Assembly: GCA_050253415.1 (NCBI GenBank)
Contig: JBFWJC010000005.1
Location: 96,001 to 160,000 of the forward strand
Origin: Pedobacter sp.
Lineage (GTDB): Bacteria; Desulfobacterota; Desulfuromonadia; Desulfuromonadales; Syntrophotaleaceae
Direction of reading: 5' to 3'
Length of the DNA: 64,000 nt
The notes below the pieces were generated by a model that was not told the DNA's origin, made no database searches, and was given only the letters and a program-made list of their open reading frames with translations. Made by a program: the position numbers and the translations under genes. Positions 20,729 to 31,397 of the stretch are shown here, one piece after another (the first letter of the stretch is position 1; each line of letters opens with the position of its first letter).

Positions 20729-22576
20729 ATGACGGAAAACGCCAAGGTGGAAAAAGGTAATATTTCCATCCATACTGAAAACATCTTCCCGATTATCAAA
20801 AAATGGCTTTACAGCGAAAAGGAGATCTTCCTGCGGGAACTGGTATCCAACGCCGTGGACGCCATCCACAAACTTCAGCATATTAACCTGATCGAAGGCC
20901 TGCAACTGGCTGATGAATACGCTATCGACATAACCGTGGATAAGGACGCCGGCACTGTTACTATCAAAGATAACGGTATCGGCATGACCGGTGATGAAGT
21001 GCGTAAATATATTAACCAGGTCGCTTTCTCTTCCGCAGAAGAATTCGTCGAAAAATTCAAGGATCTGGAAGATAAAAATCAGATCATCGGGCATTTCGGC
21101 CTGGGCTTTTACTCGGCCTTTATGGTTGCGGAAAAGGTTGAGATTTATACCCGTTCCTATCAAAACGATGCTGCTGCCATGCATTGGGTTTGCGAGGGAT
21201 CGACCGATTATTATCTTGAAGAGTGCGATAAAGAAAAGCGTGGGACCGAGGTGGTTTTGCACCTGTCCGCTGATGAAAAGGAGTTTCTTGAGGCTGTCCG
21301 GATCCGCGAGGTATTGAAGAGATTCTGCAACTTCCTGCCATTACCGATCCGTTTGGCCGGAGATGTGGTGAATGACCAAAATCCTTTGTGGGCTCAGTCT
21401 GCGACGGATCTCACCGACGAAGACTACCTGGGTTTTTATAAAAAGCTCTATCCCCTGGCAGAAGATCCCTTGTTCTGGATCCACCTGAACATTGATTATC
21501 CGTTTAATCTGAAAGGGGTGCTGTATTTCCCCAAGCTGACTACCGAATTCGATGTGGCCAAGAGTTATATCAATCTATTCTGCAATCAGGTTTTTGTTTC
21601 CGACAACTGCCCTGAATTGATACCTGAATTTCTCAATCCCCTGCAGGGTTGTCTCGACGCTCCTGATCTGCCCCTCAACGTCTCCCGCAGCTATCTGCAG
21701 AACGAACCTCAGGTTCGTAAAATCCGCGAAGTCATCAGCAGTCGCGTAGCTGCCAAAATTGCCGAACTCGGTAAAGGCGATCGCGATAATTTCATCCCCG
21801 TGTGGGACAATATCCATACGTTTGTCAAGTATGGCATGATGCGCGATGATAAATTTTACGACAAACTTAAGGATCAGGTCATTTATCGCATCGCAGGTAA
21901 GGGTGACTATACCACTCTGCCCGAATATCTAGAGAGAGCTGCCGGCAAACACACCGATAAGGTGTTCTATACCAATAATGAAGCGGCTCAAAGTACCTAT
22001 CTGAAACTTTTCGCCAACCAAGGCATGGAAGTTCTGGTGCTTGATAGCCTCATCGATAGCCATTTCCTCCAGTTTCAGGAGATGAAAAACGATAAGGTAA
22101 GTTTTCAACGGGTCGACAGCGATCTGACCGAGAACCTCATTGAAGAGGACTCCAAAATCCAGTTGCCCGGCAAGGATGAACGTAAGGAGCGGGCAGAGCT
22201 TATTCAAAAAGCATTCGAAGAAACACTGAAGGTAGATGGGCTTTCGGTGCGAGTAGAAAATCTCAAGGATGACAGCGTTCCGGGGATGGTGATTCTTTCA
22301 GAACATACGCGTCGTTTGCAGGAAATGACCAAAATGATGGGCAAGGGGGATGAAAATCTTTTCGGTGGTCATACCCTGTGTCTTAACGCCAAGTCCCCCG
22401 TGGTCGAAACCATCCTGGGCCTTAAAGATCAGGGCCGTGAAGAGGATGCCTCCATGCTCATGGAGCAAATCTATGACCTTTCTATGCTGCCTCACTGCGC
22501 CTTTGATAAAGATCGTATGGCGGCGTTTCTGGAGCGTAGCAATCGGATTCTCTGTAAATTCGGGTCCCTCGGTTAA
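20729..22576 (+). CDS. htpG: Hsp90 chaperone HtpG
   Basis: LYSEKEIFLRELVSNAVDA, DNGIGM, IGHFGLGFYSAF and DLPLNVSRSYLQ motifs. Confidence 0.97.
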   Translation: MTENAKVEKGNISIHTENIFPIIKKWLYSEKEIFLRELVSNAVDAIHKLQHINLIEGLQLADEYAIDITVDKDAGTVTIKDNGIGMTGDEVRKYINQVAFSSAEEFVEKFKDLEDKNQIIGHFGLGFYSAFMVAEKVEIYTRSYQNDAAAMHWVCEGSTDYYLEECDKEKRGTEVVLHLSADEKEFLEAVRIREVLKRFCNFLPLPIRLAGDVVNDQNPLWAQSATDLTDEDYLGFYKKLYPLAEDPLFWIHLNIDYPFNLKGVLYFPKLTTEFDVAKSYINLFCNQVFVSDNCPELIPEFLNPLQGCLDAPDLPLNVSRSYLQNEPQVRKIREVISSRVAAKIAELGKGDRDNFIPVWDNIHTFVKYGMMRDDKFYDKLKDQVIYRIAGKGDYTTLPEYLERAAGKHTDKVFYTNNEAAQSTYLKLFANQGMEVLVLDSLIDSHFLQFQEMKNDKVSFQRVDSDLTENLIEEDSKIQLPGKDERKERAELIQKAFEETLKVDGLSVRVENLKDDSVPGMVILSEHTRRLQEMTKMMGKGDENLFGGHTLCLNAKSPVVETILGLKDQGREEDASMLMEQIYDLSMLPHCAFDKDRMAAFLERSNRILCKFGSLG

Positions 22577-22587
22577 CGGATGTGGTC

Positions 22588-22630
22588 GCTGCCCTGCGAC
22601 AGGATAGTCTCAGGGCAGCGGATCTTTTTC
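22588..22630 (+). terminator. htpG terminator
   Basis: cgctgccctg...cagggcagcg followed by a T run. Confidence 0.65.
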
Positions 22631-22736
22631 CTGCATCTAATCATGCACATAAGGTATACGTTGCATAAGGACTCCATGCTCTGGTATTTTAGAGAAATAG
22701 TGTTTTAAAAATATTCGTGTGGGGAGGTAACTCGGT

Positions 22737-22970
22737 ATGCTGTTTCGCAACAAGTGCTCGGCCTGTGACTTTTGGACTATTTTTGAGTTGAAAACAGAAA
22801 GTGATAACGCCCTTAAAATTTGTACCCATTGCATGGACCAGACCGAGGTGACCAATGACGGTCGACTGGAAATCAGCATTCGCGATGGTGAAAACGATGT
22901 GAAAGCACTGGAAGGTCATTTCCCGGTGTTGTCCCAGTTGAAAAATCGCGGAGACCACGTGAAATTCTAA
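22737..22970 (+). CDS. Small Zn-ribbon-like hypothetical protein
   Basis: CSAC...CTHC motif, ggagg RBS, and paralogy with the next gene. Confidence 0.7.
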   Translation: MLFRNKCSACDFWTIFELKTESDNALKICTHCMDQTEVTNDGRLEISIRDGENDVKALEGHFPVLSQLKNRGDHVKF

Positions 22971-23093
22971 AGGTTGTTACAGTTTGCGGATAGTTTTTAA
23001 CGGACGGTAGACTTCGGTCCATATGATGACCTTGTCGACAATCAATAACGGGAGAGGATAACCGGCCTTTTGGCTTGGTTTCTGGATGACATT

Positions 23094-23357
23094 ATGCAAA
23101 AAACTAAACAAGTTGAACCGATTCTTCATCGGCAAAAATGTCCGGCATGCGAATACTACACGGTATACCGTGCGATTCCGGCTGGTGATAAAGCCCTCGA
23201 TACCTGTACCCATTGCGGCCATCAGGTGGCCATCGCTTGGCATCATGAAATCAAGGCGGTTTTCAAAAATACCGAAAAATTTCTAAAAAATATGGAAGAG
23301 ATGTGTCCCGAGCTTAAACAACTTAAAAATCCTGGCGATCATATCAAGCTCGACTGA
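23094..23357 (+). CDS. Small Zn-ribbon-like hypothetical protein (paralogue)
   Basis: CPAC...CTHC motif and an LKQLKNPGDHIK tail matching the upstream gene. The start codon is uncertain. Confidence 0.7.
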   Translation: MQKTKQVEPILHRQKCPACEYYTVYRAIPAGDKALDTCTHCGHQVAIAWHHEIKAVFKNTEKFLKNMEEMCPELKQLKNPGDHIKLD

Positions 23358-23420
23358 CCATCTTCGCGATTCCATGATATCGCACCATATTTTCAATTTG
23401 ATGAGGCTATGGAGACCTAA

Positions 23421-23693
23421 ATGAAAACAACGCTTATCATACCCGATGCTGCAGTAGCCGAGAAACATGGGCTGGAAACGGTAACCGAACTGTTGTGCAA
23501 CGAGGAGTACTGTGCAACTTCCTACGGATACCCCGTCTTTCAATTGCCTAATGGTGACATTTTTGATGGCCCCACATTTCGCGAATTACGTGAGGCTTGC
23601 GGGGCTACCCTGGAAACCAACTGCCTGGTAAAAGTCTGTCTTGGGCTCGGTATGCCTAAGACCGAACCGGGTGTTGTGGTTATCGAAGATTGA
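23421..23693 (+). CDS. Hypothetical protein
   Basis: ATG with a ggag RBS and a plausible 90-aa product. Confidence 0.6.
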   Translation: MKTTLIIPDAAVAEKHGLETVTELLCNEEYCATSYGYPVFQLPNGDIFDGPTFRELREACGATLETNCLVKVCLGLGMPKTEPGVVVIED

Positions 23694-23787
23694 TGGTTTT
23701 TCTGGTGTAAAATATAAGGAGCGATGATTGCTGAAGGAGGTCAACCAGATATTTTGTTAGCAACTGTTTGAGAAAGGAACCCCAGTC

Positions 23788-23994
23788 ATGATGATTTCTG
23801 TGCAGTATAAAGATGGGACCTACGATCGGGTCAAAGATATCTATCTCGATCAACTTATCGGTGCAAACAAAGTCGACGTTTTTTGGAGGACATCCGGACC
23901 TGTGGTTGTAGGCCGCGACCCTGTTCGCGGGAAACATAACGCCTCGCTATACCGAGGTGTTGAACGCAGGTTTCATCGTTCATCTCAGTATTGA
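23788..23994 (+). CDS. GSU3473-family small protein
   Basis: MISVQYKDGTYDRV..LDQLI....F.R.SG.VVVGRDPVRG....YRGVERR pattern. Confidence 0.75.
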   Translation: MMISVQYKDGTYDRVKDIYLDQLIGANKVDVFWRTSGPVVVGRDPVRGKHNASLYRGVERRFHRSSQY

Positions 23995-24154
23995 TGCGAG
24001 ATTCATTCGATTTCCTTTTTGTCTGTATCATTAATCCCGATCTCTGGAGAAGATTTTCGCTTCAGATATCGGGATAGTTTATAAATGTATCACCTGTTTG
24101 ATAAGTAAAATATCCATCAAAATTCCTTCCCATTGTCCTGATTTCATCCATCAC

Positions 24155-25816
24155 TCAGGTTTTATTAATTCCCTTCCCTTTTTGCAAGAGCACCTTTACT
24201 GGAAAATATATAAAGAGTAAAAAAAGTGCCAGTAAACTAACAAGCTTACCTGACACTTCCCAAACATCTTCGACAAGTTTCAACGTAATAATATGATTAC
24301 CAGGGGGAACGGATACCTGTATCATGCCATTTTCCCCAGGTATTGCTTCAATATAGTTTTTAGCGTTGTTTATTCGGATTTTCCATAGAGGTAAATAGAA
24401 CTGATTGATTGTGACCGTAAATGGATGATTTGAAGATCCCTGCATTTCAATATCTCTCGGCAACCATTTTAGGATTCTTATTTGACCCACACCAGAGATA
24501 TTGAACCTATTATCTAATTTATTTAATTTTCTATGATGAATAGCTAATACTGTTTCATTAGAAGACCATCGAGGAAGATACTCAACGACGCCAACTTTGG
24601 CTTTAGTTTCACGTGAGACCCTAGTTATTTGTTTGTAGGACAATTCCTGAATCTTAAATGGAACAAGTTTTATAAATACAGATGCAACTTGTGAAATAAG
24701 AATAACAATCACAAAAAGTTTCAATACAAAGGCAATTTTATTAATTGTGTAATTCCTGAAATTTAATATTATAGAAATTGACACTATTGTTGCAATCAAG
24801 GTTATTTGATTTAATCTCCAAGGAAATTGTATTTTGCTTATCAATGGAATTGACTGCCAAATAAATGAAGAAATCTCAAACATCATAAAAATAGAAAGGC
24901 AACCGGAGAGAATCCAGAATGAGAGATCTTTATTTTTTGGTGTTTTAATTATGGTGCATATTATCAGTAAAATTAGATTGATTAAGGATAATCCTAGAAA
25001 GTAATTATTGTTTATTCCTTTTTCAAACGATAAAAAGTGATTATATAGTGAATAAGTTCCTTCCCACATTTTATTTAAACTTATGTATTTTTGATAAAAA
25101 ATCATTGGAAATATGTAGAATGAAGACAATAAAATACCGTAAAGCATAGAGAGTGATACGTATAATAAGTTTCTTATATAGTTATTTGTAGTTATTGGGT
25201 ATATTAATAATAGTGGCGTTAGAATTAAAAAAGTTGGTATGTGAGTTACTAGAAGTAATGCATAAGATATTGATAGACCTATTGTTGCCTTCTTTTGGCT
25301 GTGGAAAACTCCTATAGCAAAATAAAATATGAGTGGAGTCCAGGTGAATGCCCATATTTCTGGATAAGAAAATCTTTGATAAAAATTCACAAGTAAATGG
25401 AATGGTGCCAAGATGTAAAAAAGAGATAAAAAGAAAGCATATTTTTGTTGCGTATAATTTTTTAAAAGTGTGTAACAGGTGACACCAGATAAACCAAGAG
25501 CTAAGCCAATAGAATAATAAAGGGCATACCACTTTGGATGATGGTCTGGAATAAAATACTCGAAGAATGAAGAGATATAAAACGGTAATGGTGGGTAAAA
25601 AAAGAAAACTGGGCTACCTCGCCCTCCATTCATATCTATCAACCATCTTGGGTACCATTCTCCGGCGAGAAATTGGTCCGAGAAGCAATTATGCCAATTT
25701 GAGTATATGAGAATGTCATGACTTACAATCATTCCTTGGTAGAAGGCTGGAATTGTCAAAAGAAATCCCAAGGCAATAAATATTAAGTAAACTAATATGT
25801 TAGATTTGGGATTCAT
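24155..25816 (-). CDS. Polytopic membrane protein, GT-C-like (PTPS-related/YfhO-like)
   Basis: HD in the first loop, WYPRWL...G.GSPVFFFYPPL, QFPWR, many TM segments and a C-terminal soluble domain. The gene is AT-rich. Confidence 0.7.
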   Translation of the reverse strand: MNPKSNILVYLIFIALGFLLTIPAFYQGMIVSHDILIYSNWHNCFSDQFLAGEWYPRWLIDMNGGRGSPVFFFYPPLPFYISSFFEYFIPDHHPKWYALYYSIGLALGLSGVTCYTLLKNYTQQKYAFFLSLFYILAPFHLLVNFYQRFSYPEIWAFTWTPLIFYFAIGVFHSQKKATIGLSISYALLLVTHIPTFLILTPLLLIYPITTNNYIRNLLYVSLSMLYGILLSSFYIFPMIFYQKYISLNKMWEGTYSLYNHFLSFEKGINNNYFLGLSLINLILLIICTIIKTPKNKDLSFWILSGCLSIFMMFEISSFIWQSIPLISKIQFPWRLNQITLIATIVSISIILNFRNYTINKIAFVLKLFVIVILISQVASVFIKLVPFKIQELSYKQITRVSRETKAKVGVVEYLPRWSSNETVLAIHHRKLNKLDNRFNISGVGQIRILKWLPRDIEMQGSSNHPFTVTINQFYLPLWKIRINNAKNYIEAIPGENGMIQVSVPPGNHIITLKLVEDVWEVSGKLVSLLALFLLFIYFPVKVLLQKGKGINKT

Positions 25817-25927
25817 ATATCACATTGATACCTATAAACGTATGGTTCGCAGAACATTTTATCTTAAGTGTGTGTCGGCCGAAGCCTTTTGGCGATAGCC
25901 TTTTCGTCGGTTATCAAATAATCTGAA

Positions 25928-27049
25928 TCAAGCTAGTTTTCTTCCTACTATTTTCCAGATAAGAATCGTCACGGTTGCACTAAGATATCCATCCACTGCG
26001 TAGTGCCAGCCAAGGTGGATCGATCCTATTTGGATGACCACTGCAAAAAAAATCAATAACCAACCTGCCCACCGATCTATGTTTCTATACAGTAGAGCCA
26101 ATAATACTGCGATGGATACATGCATGCTTGGCATGGCGGAAATCCCACCAAGGGGCATGAACCGTCCTATTTGGAAAGCTTCCCAGAGTGATGTTTGGAT
26201 GCCTACGGCCCTGATGCCTGGAATACTATTCAGGTATTCAAAGAGTCCAGCGTAGGGATTGGCGGCAACTCCGGTAACTTCTGAAAAATAGCAGGGTCCG
26301 GCTGATGAGAAAAGTATAGCCAGTATGTTGCCTATCAAAATCCAGCAACAAGCTAAAGAAATAAAAAATTTTAGCCTTAGCTGCCGGTCGGAATGGCAGG
26401 CCATATATAAAAGAGTGTATGCGAATAGCGATACCCATGCCAGATAACAAAAATCGATAAAGAGTGTTATCGGGGGATACCCTATAACCGATTGCAGGAT
26501 TTCCCATGGTGAATGATTGAAGTGTAAAACTTTGTCAATTTTATAAAACGTTAAATCAAATGAGAAAAACTTCCATAAAGGAATGGTCTGCTTGATACTG
26601 CTATAAGAGCAGGCAAAAATTGGTAAAATTGAAAAAATAACAATAAATCTGGTTATGGTGGTTGAGGAAATGTATTGTTCTTTTAATTTTGACCAGATTA
26701 TTGGGATGCCATTGAAACCGTCTTTTGGATTCTTTATTAAGTAAACAACAGTAGAAAATGACCACATGAAAAAGAAAAATGCAAATAGGTATTCAAAAAA
26801 ATCAATATAGTAATAAAAAACATTCCCTGTAATATTAAAACCAATAATATGTCCAATTACAAAAGTGGATGCATAATAAAGTATACATATGTATACAAGT
26901 ACTATGTTTTCAATTAACGACGACTTTAAATCAACAATAAATCTTAATAAAATCAGTGGAATTTGTCCATCGACTAAAGAAAACGAGGAAGACTCTTGGA
27001 TTAGATAGGGTAGGTTGCATTTGAGAATTTTAGATATATAATTTCTCAT
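25928..27049 (-). CDS. PAP2-superfamily (Aur1/IPC-synthase-like) membrane phosphatase/phosphotransferase, copy 1
   Basis: SAGPCYF, AMPSMHV and WHYAVDG motifs. Confidence 0.8.
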   Translation of the reverse strand: MRNYISKILKCNLPYLIQESSSFSLVDGQIPLILLRFIVDLKSSLIENIVLVYICILYYASTFVIGHIIGFNITGNVFYYYIDFFEYLFAFFFFMWSFSTVVYLIKNPKDGFNGIPIIWSKLKEQYISSTTITRFIVIFSILPIFACSYSSIKQTIPLWKFFSFDLTFYKIDKVLHFNHSPWEILQSVIGYPPITLFIDFCYLAWVSLFAYTLLYMACHSDRQLRLKFFISLACCWILIGNILAILFSSAGPCYFSEVTGVAANPYAGLFEYLNSIPGIRAVGIQTSLWEAFQIGRFMPLGGISAMPSMHVSIAVLLALLYRNIDRWAGWLLIFFAVVIQIGSIHLGWHYAVDGYLSATVTILIWKIVGRKLA

Positions 27050-27272
27050 GATTTGATAATGGTCCCGATGTTTAACAGCAATTCCGGTTGTTATCCCGAA
27101 TGAAGGTCATATGATTCCTAAAGGGACTTAAATTTAACCTGAAAGAAAAACAGTATATAAACCACAAGTTTATGATGCTAAACTATAACCATTAAAAATG
27201 ATTTTTCAAACGTTGAAGTGTTACATAGTCAATTATCTTAATATAACATAATGCCGATAGGGCTTTTTTGAT

Positions 27273-28277
27273 ATGAAGTTAATCATCCAGATCCCCTGTT
27301 ATAACGAAGCCGAAATCCTTGATATTACACTGGGCCTTCTTCCGAGGGAGGTGCCTGGATTCGACCGGGTCGAATGGCTGGTCATAAACGATGGCAGTAC
27401 CGATGCAACTTTGGCAGTGGCTAAACGTTTTGGCGTGGATCACGTTGTTTCTTTTAAGAAGAATCAGGGGTTGGCAAAAGGTTTTATGGCCGGTCTGGAT
27501 GCTTGCATTAAGAACGGTGCCGATGTCATCGTCAACCTTGATGCGGATAACCAGTACTGTGTTGACGATATCCCCGCGCTTGTTGATCCGATTCTGCAGG
27601 GCAGGGCTGATCTGGTGGTAGGTGCCAGACCCATCGGTAAGATCGAACATTTCTCCCCACTTAAAAAGTTTTTGCAGAAAGTCGGTAGTTGGGTTGTAAG
27701 GCAGGCGAGCAAAACAGACGTACCCGATGCACCGAGCGGATTTAGAGCTTTCAGCCGTGATGCCGCCATGCGCATCAACGTTTTCAATAAATATACTTAT
27801 ACCCTGGAAACTCTTATCCAGGCTGGTCGGCAGAATATGGCGATCATTTGGGTGCCGGTTAGGGTCAACGGAAATCTTCGTCCATCGCGCCTGATCAAGA
27901 GCCTTCGTTCTTACCTGTGGAAATCGTTGGTGACCATCATTCGCATCTTTGTGGTTTATCTCCCCTTTCGATTTTTCATGGGCATCGGTTTGTTTCTTTT
28001 TGTGCCCGGTTTCTTGTTGGGAGCGCGATTTCTTTATTACTATTTTGGTGGAGATGGGGCAGGGCACGTTCAATCGGTCATTTTGTCCAGCGTTCTGCTG
28101 GGCATGGGATTTCAAACGATGCTGGTTGCTTTTTTGGCAGATTTGCTGGCTGCCAATCGCCAGATGGTTGAAGATATCCGGTTTCGTATCAAGAATCTCG
28201 AAAACGGCGGAGCCTATTCACTGAGCGCTATAAGGAGGACGGATGAAGCTTCTGATAGATCTACAGCATCCAGCTGA
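27273..28277 (+). CDS. GT2 glycosyltransferase (DPM/GtrB-like, C-terminal TM helices)
   Basis: IPCYNE, NDGSTD, DADNQY and DAPSGFRAF motifs. Confidence 0.88.
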   Translation: MKLIIQIPCYNEAEILDITLGLLPREVPGFDRVEWLVINDGSTDATLAVAKRFGVDHVVSFKKNQGLAKGFMAGLDACIKNGADVIVNLDADNQYCVDDIPALVDPILQGRADLVVGARPIGKIEHFSPLKKFLQKVGSWVVRQASKTDVPDAPSGFRAFSRDAAMRINVFNKYTYTLETLIQAGRQNMAIIWVPVRVNGNLRPSRLIKSLRSYLWKSLVTIIRIFVVYLPFRFFMGIGLFLFVPGFLLGARFLYYYFGGDGAGHVQSVILSSVLLGMGFQTMLVAFLADLLAANRQMVEDIRFRIKNLENGGAYSLSAIRRTDEASDRSTASS

Positions 28278-29262
28278 CTTTCATTTTTTCCGTCCATTAG
28301 TGACGCGCCTCCAAGCGGAGGGGCATAATGTACGGTTAACCGGACGGGATAAGGATATTCTGGTGCAACTTGCGGCGGAATATGGAATGGACGTTGAGAT
28401 TTTCGGTCGGGCCCGAAAGGGTATTTGGAATCTTGGGCTGGAACTGATCTACAGGCAATGGCGACTTCTGGGTATTGTGAAGAAATTCAGGCCGGATTTG
28501 ATGATGTCCCTTGGCGGAACCTATGTAAGTCTGGTAGGAAGGCTATTGGGAGTGCCAACCTATGTCTTTTATGACACCGAGCATGCCACACTGTCCAATC
28601 TATTGTCCTATCCCTTCGCCAGCTGCATCTATGTGCCGCGCTGCTATCGTAAGCAGATCCGGTGGCGGCATCAGCGTTATAATGGATACCATGAGTTGGC
28701 ATATCTCCATCCCGATTATTTCACTCCCGACAAAACCGTCCTCGATGAAGTTGGCATCAAAGAAGGGGCGATCTTTAGCGTTGTGCGCTTTGTAGCCTGG
28801 GGCGCAGCCCACGATTTTGGTCTTTCGGGGTTCACTCTAGAAAACAAGCTCCGGGCGGTGAATGATTTGAGCAAGTTTGGACCGGTTTTTATTTCGGCGG
28901 AAGGGCCCTTGCCGGAGGAATTGGAAAAATTCCGTTTCCCCCTTAAGCTCAGTCGCATCCATCACCTTATGGCGTTTGCATCCCTCATATTCGGAGAAAG
29001 CGCTACTATGGCGTCCGAAGGGGCTGTTTTGGGAGTACCAGGTGTTTATGTCGATCCGGTAGGGCGTGGCTACACTGACGAGCAAGAACGCGAGTATAGG
29101 CTTGTTTTTAACTTTACCTCTGATCGCCAGGATGAGGCGATTGCTAAAGCAGTTGAAATCCTGGCCGAGTATTCTCCAGAAGAATGGATAGCCAAGAGGA
29201 AACGGTTGGTTGCAGAAAAAATCGATGTGACCGAGATGCTTCACGGGATAGCAAAGGGGTGA
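28243..29262 (+). CDS. DUF354-family putative GT-B glycosyltransferase
   Basis: IDLQHPADFHFF, FYDTEHA, YHELAYLHP and ESATMASEGAVLGVP motifs. Confidence 0.8.
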   Translation: MKLLIDLQHPADFHFFRPLVTRLQAEGHNVRLTGRDKDILVQLAAEYGMDVEIFGRARKGIWNLGLELIYRQWRLLGIVKKFRPDLMMSLGGTYVSLVGRLLGVPTYVFYDTEHATLSNLLSYPFASCIYVPRCYRKQIRWRHQRYNGYHELAYLHPDYFTPDKTVLDEVGIKEGAIFSVVRFVAWGAAHDFGLSGFTLENKLRAVNDLSKFGPVFISAEGPLPEELEKFRFPLKLSRIHHLMAFASLIFGESATMASEGAVLGVPGVYVDPVGRGYTDEQEREYRLVFNFTSDRQDEAIAKAVEILAEYSPEEWIAKRKRLVAEKIDVTEMLHGIAKG

Positions 29263-29427
29263 AAAAGAATCATGTTGTGCCAATATTGGGTATTGATTAA
29301 ACCGATGCATTTTCTAACTTTTTCGGGGAAATAGGGTGACATAGATAAAATTCTAAATTTCCTGGTCAGTACTGTCTGTTCCACGAATACGCTTGATCTT
29401 GAATTGAGTGAATCGAAAAGGTTGCCA

Positions 29428-30336
29428 ATGAACGATGCTTTAGTTTCCGTCATTATACCTGCTTACGGTCAATGTCCCCATATTCAAAAGGTAGTACAAG
29501 CTGTGTTGCATCAGTCTATCAGGCCGTTCGAGATAGTTGTTGTACACAGCGGTTCGCATGACCCTTCGGAAAAGTTGACGAAATTAGACAAAAGTGTCCG
29601 AGTCATCCATCGAGATGTACGAACATTTGCTGGTGATGCTCGCAATATTGGCTTGAAGGAAGTTTGTTCCCCTTGGGTCGCCTTTATCGATTCCGATGTT
29701 TTACCCGCTTCTGATTGGCTTGCCTCCTTGCTTAGTGGTGCACTGAATGAGGAAGGTCGTTTTGTGGTTGGTTCGGTCGACTATGCGACTACAGGAGGGT
29801 ACTGGGGACTTTGCCTTTGGACCATAGAGTTTAGCGGCGTTCACCCATATCTTCCAGACGGTACAACTCAAGGGGGGGCGTCTGCCAACATGTTGCTACC
29901 TCTCGACGCCGTTAAAAACGTAGGGGGGTTTCCTGAAGGTTTTGCCGCGAGTGAAGATTCCTATCTCACCGCAAGTTTACGGGAATATGGTTTAATCAAT
30001 TGGTTTTGTGCAGATGCCAGGGTGAAACATTTTAATAAAAAAGGGATGCGGCATTGTCTTGCCCACCTTCTCTGGCTTGGCCATTGGAGTGCGATCTGCC
30101 GCCGAGAAAAACCTTTAAGAGGGGCCCTGACAGTAAAGATCTGGCCGCTTGCTGCTGGTCTTTGGGTTGCAAAACTTATGCTGATTTATTGTCGAGCATG
30201 GCGCTGGAACAAAGGAGATCTTTTTAAACTTTTAACCCTTGGGCCTGGCATCGTAACGGGATTGCTTGCTTGGAATTTGGGGTTCTTGTCTGGTTTGAGC
30301 GCTAAAAGGCCGATTCCGTCGGATGTTACTTCTTGA
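29428..30336 (+). CDS. GT2 glycosyltransferase
   Basis: VSVIIPAY, ARNIG, AFIDSD and GGF....SED motifs. Confidence 0.85.
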   Translation: MNDALVSVIIPAYGQCPHIQKVVQAVLHQSIRPFEIVVVHSGSHDPSEKLTKLDKSVRVIHRDVRTFAGDARNIGLKEVCSPWVAFIDSDVLPASDWLASLLSGALNEEGRFVVGSVDYATTGGYWGLCLWTIEFSGVHPYLPDGTTQGGASANMLLPLDAVKNVGGFPEGFAASEDSYLTASLREYGLINWFCADARVKHFNKKGMRHCLAHLLWLGHWSAICRREKPLRGALTVKIWPLAAGLWVAKLMLIYCRAWRWNKGDLFKLLTLGPGIVTGLLAWNLGFLSGLSAKRPIPSDVTS

Positions 30337-30371
30337 TTCTGCAATTTGTAAAATAGGGGAATGATACCAAG

Positions 30372-31319
30372 ATGACTACTGCGCCTAGATGCTCGGTTAT
30401 CATGCCAGCCTACAATGTTGAAGATTTTATTGGTGAAGCAATAGAAAGTGTACTCCGCCAAACAGTGTCCGATTGGGAGCTAATTGTAGTCGATGACGGG
30501 TCGACCGATGGCACAGCCATGATTGTCAAAAGGTACCAAGACGCTCGCATTCGCTATATTTATCAAGAAAACGCAGGACAGTCCGCTGCACAAAATCGGG
30601 GAATTAACGAAATACGCGGTGCATACGTGTCTTTTCTAGATTCTGATGACAGGCTTCAACCGACCGCCATCGAACGTCTATCGAAGGCTCTGGATTCTGC
30701 CCCGAAAGCCTGTGTTGCCTATGGGAACGCAGAGAAAATAAGAGTTACAGGAGAAGCTTTTGGTAAGAGTGCGCGGCCTATATTCAACCCTAGACCTTCT
30801 GGGGATGTGCTCCATTATCTGGTTAGATCAAATTTTATTGTGAATGGCGGAACTCTTCTGGTTCGTGTTTCATGCATAAATGATTCTGGAAAATTCAGAA
30901 CGGATCTTCGCATGCAACAAGACTGGGAGATGTGGTGTCGACTAGCTGTAGTCGGTGAGTTTATCTTTGTTGGCCATGAACCTGTATCGGACTATCGAAT
31001 TCGCGATGGCAGCGTTGCGAGAATAGACGGAAGTAGTATATCCAGCCACTGGCCAGCAGTCGAAGCAGTTTTTACCAATCCAAAAATAATACAAAAATTC
31101 ACCTTGCGAGAGCTTAAGCGTCTTCGCCGTGTCCGTGAGAGTGATGTGTATTACTTCACCGGGGTAGAGGCTATTAGGGGGCATCACTGGCGCCAGGCAA
31201 GGCAATGCCTTACAAAAAGCCTTCACCTCAATAGGGTAAATCCAAAAGCGATAATTTTGCTGGTTTGCGCTATCATGAGGCGAACACCCCGCTTTGTGGC
31301 ACGTCGCATAGGTTGTTAA
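30372..31319 (+). CDS. GT2 glycosyltransferase
   Basis: SVIMPAYN, VVDDGSTD, FLDSDD and DWEMWCR motifs. Confidence 0.9.
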   Translation: MTTAPRCSVIMPAYNVEDFIGEAIESVLRQTVSDWELIVVDDGSTDGTAMIVKRYQDARIRYIYQENAGQSAAQNRGINEIRGAYVSFLDSDDRLQPTAIERLSKALDSAPKACVAYGNAEKIRVTGEAFGKSARPIFNPRPSGDVLHYLVRSNFIVNGGTLLVRVSCINDSGKFRTDLRMQQDWEMWCRLAVVGEFIFVGHEPVSDYRIRDGSVARIDGSSISSHWPAVEAVFTNPKIIQKFTLRELKRLRRVRESDVYYFTGVEAIRGHHWRQARQCLTKSLHLNRVNPKAIILLVCAIMRRTPRFVARRIGC

Positions 31320-31397
31320 ACACAAAAAACTACCTTTATCATCTAAGAAAACTATTCATTGCAAATAACTTTTTCTACTAAAGCATTGGTCTTGAAA

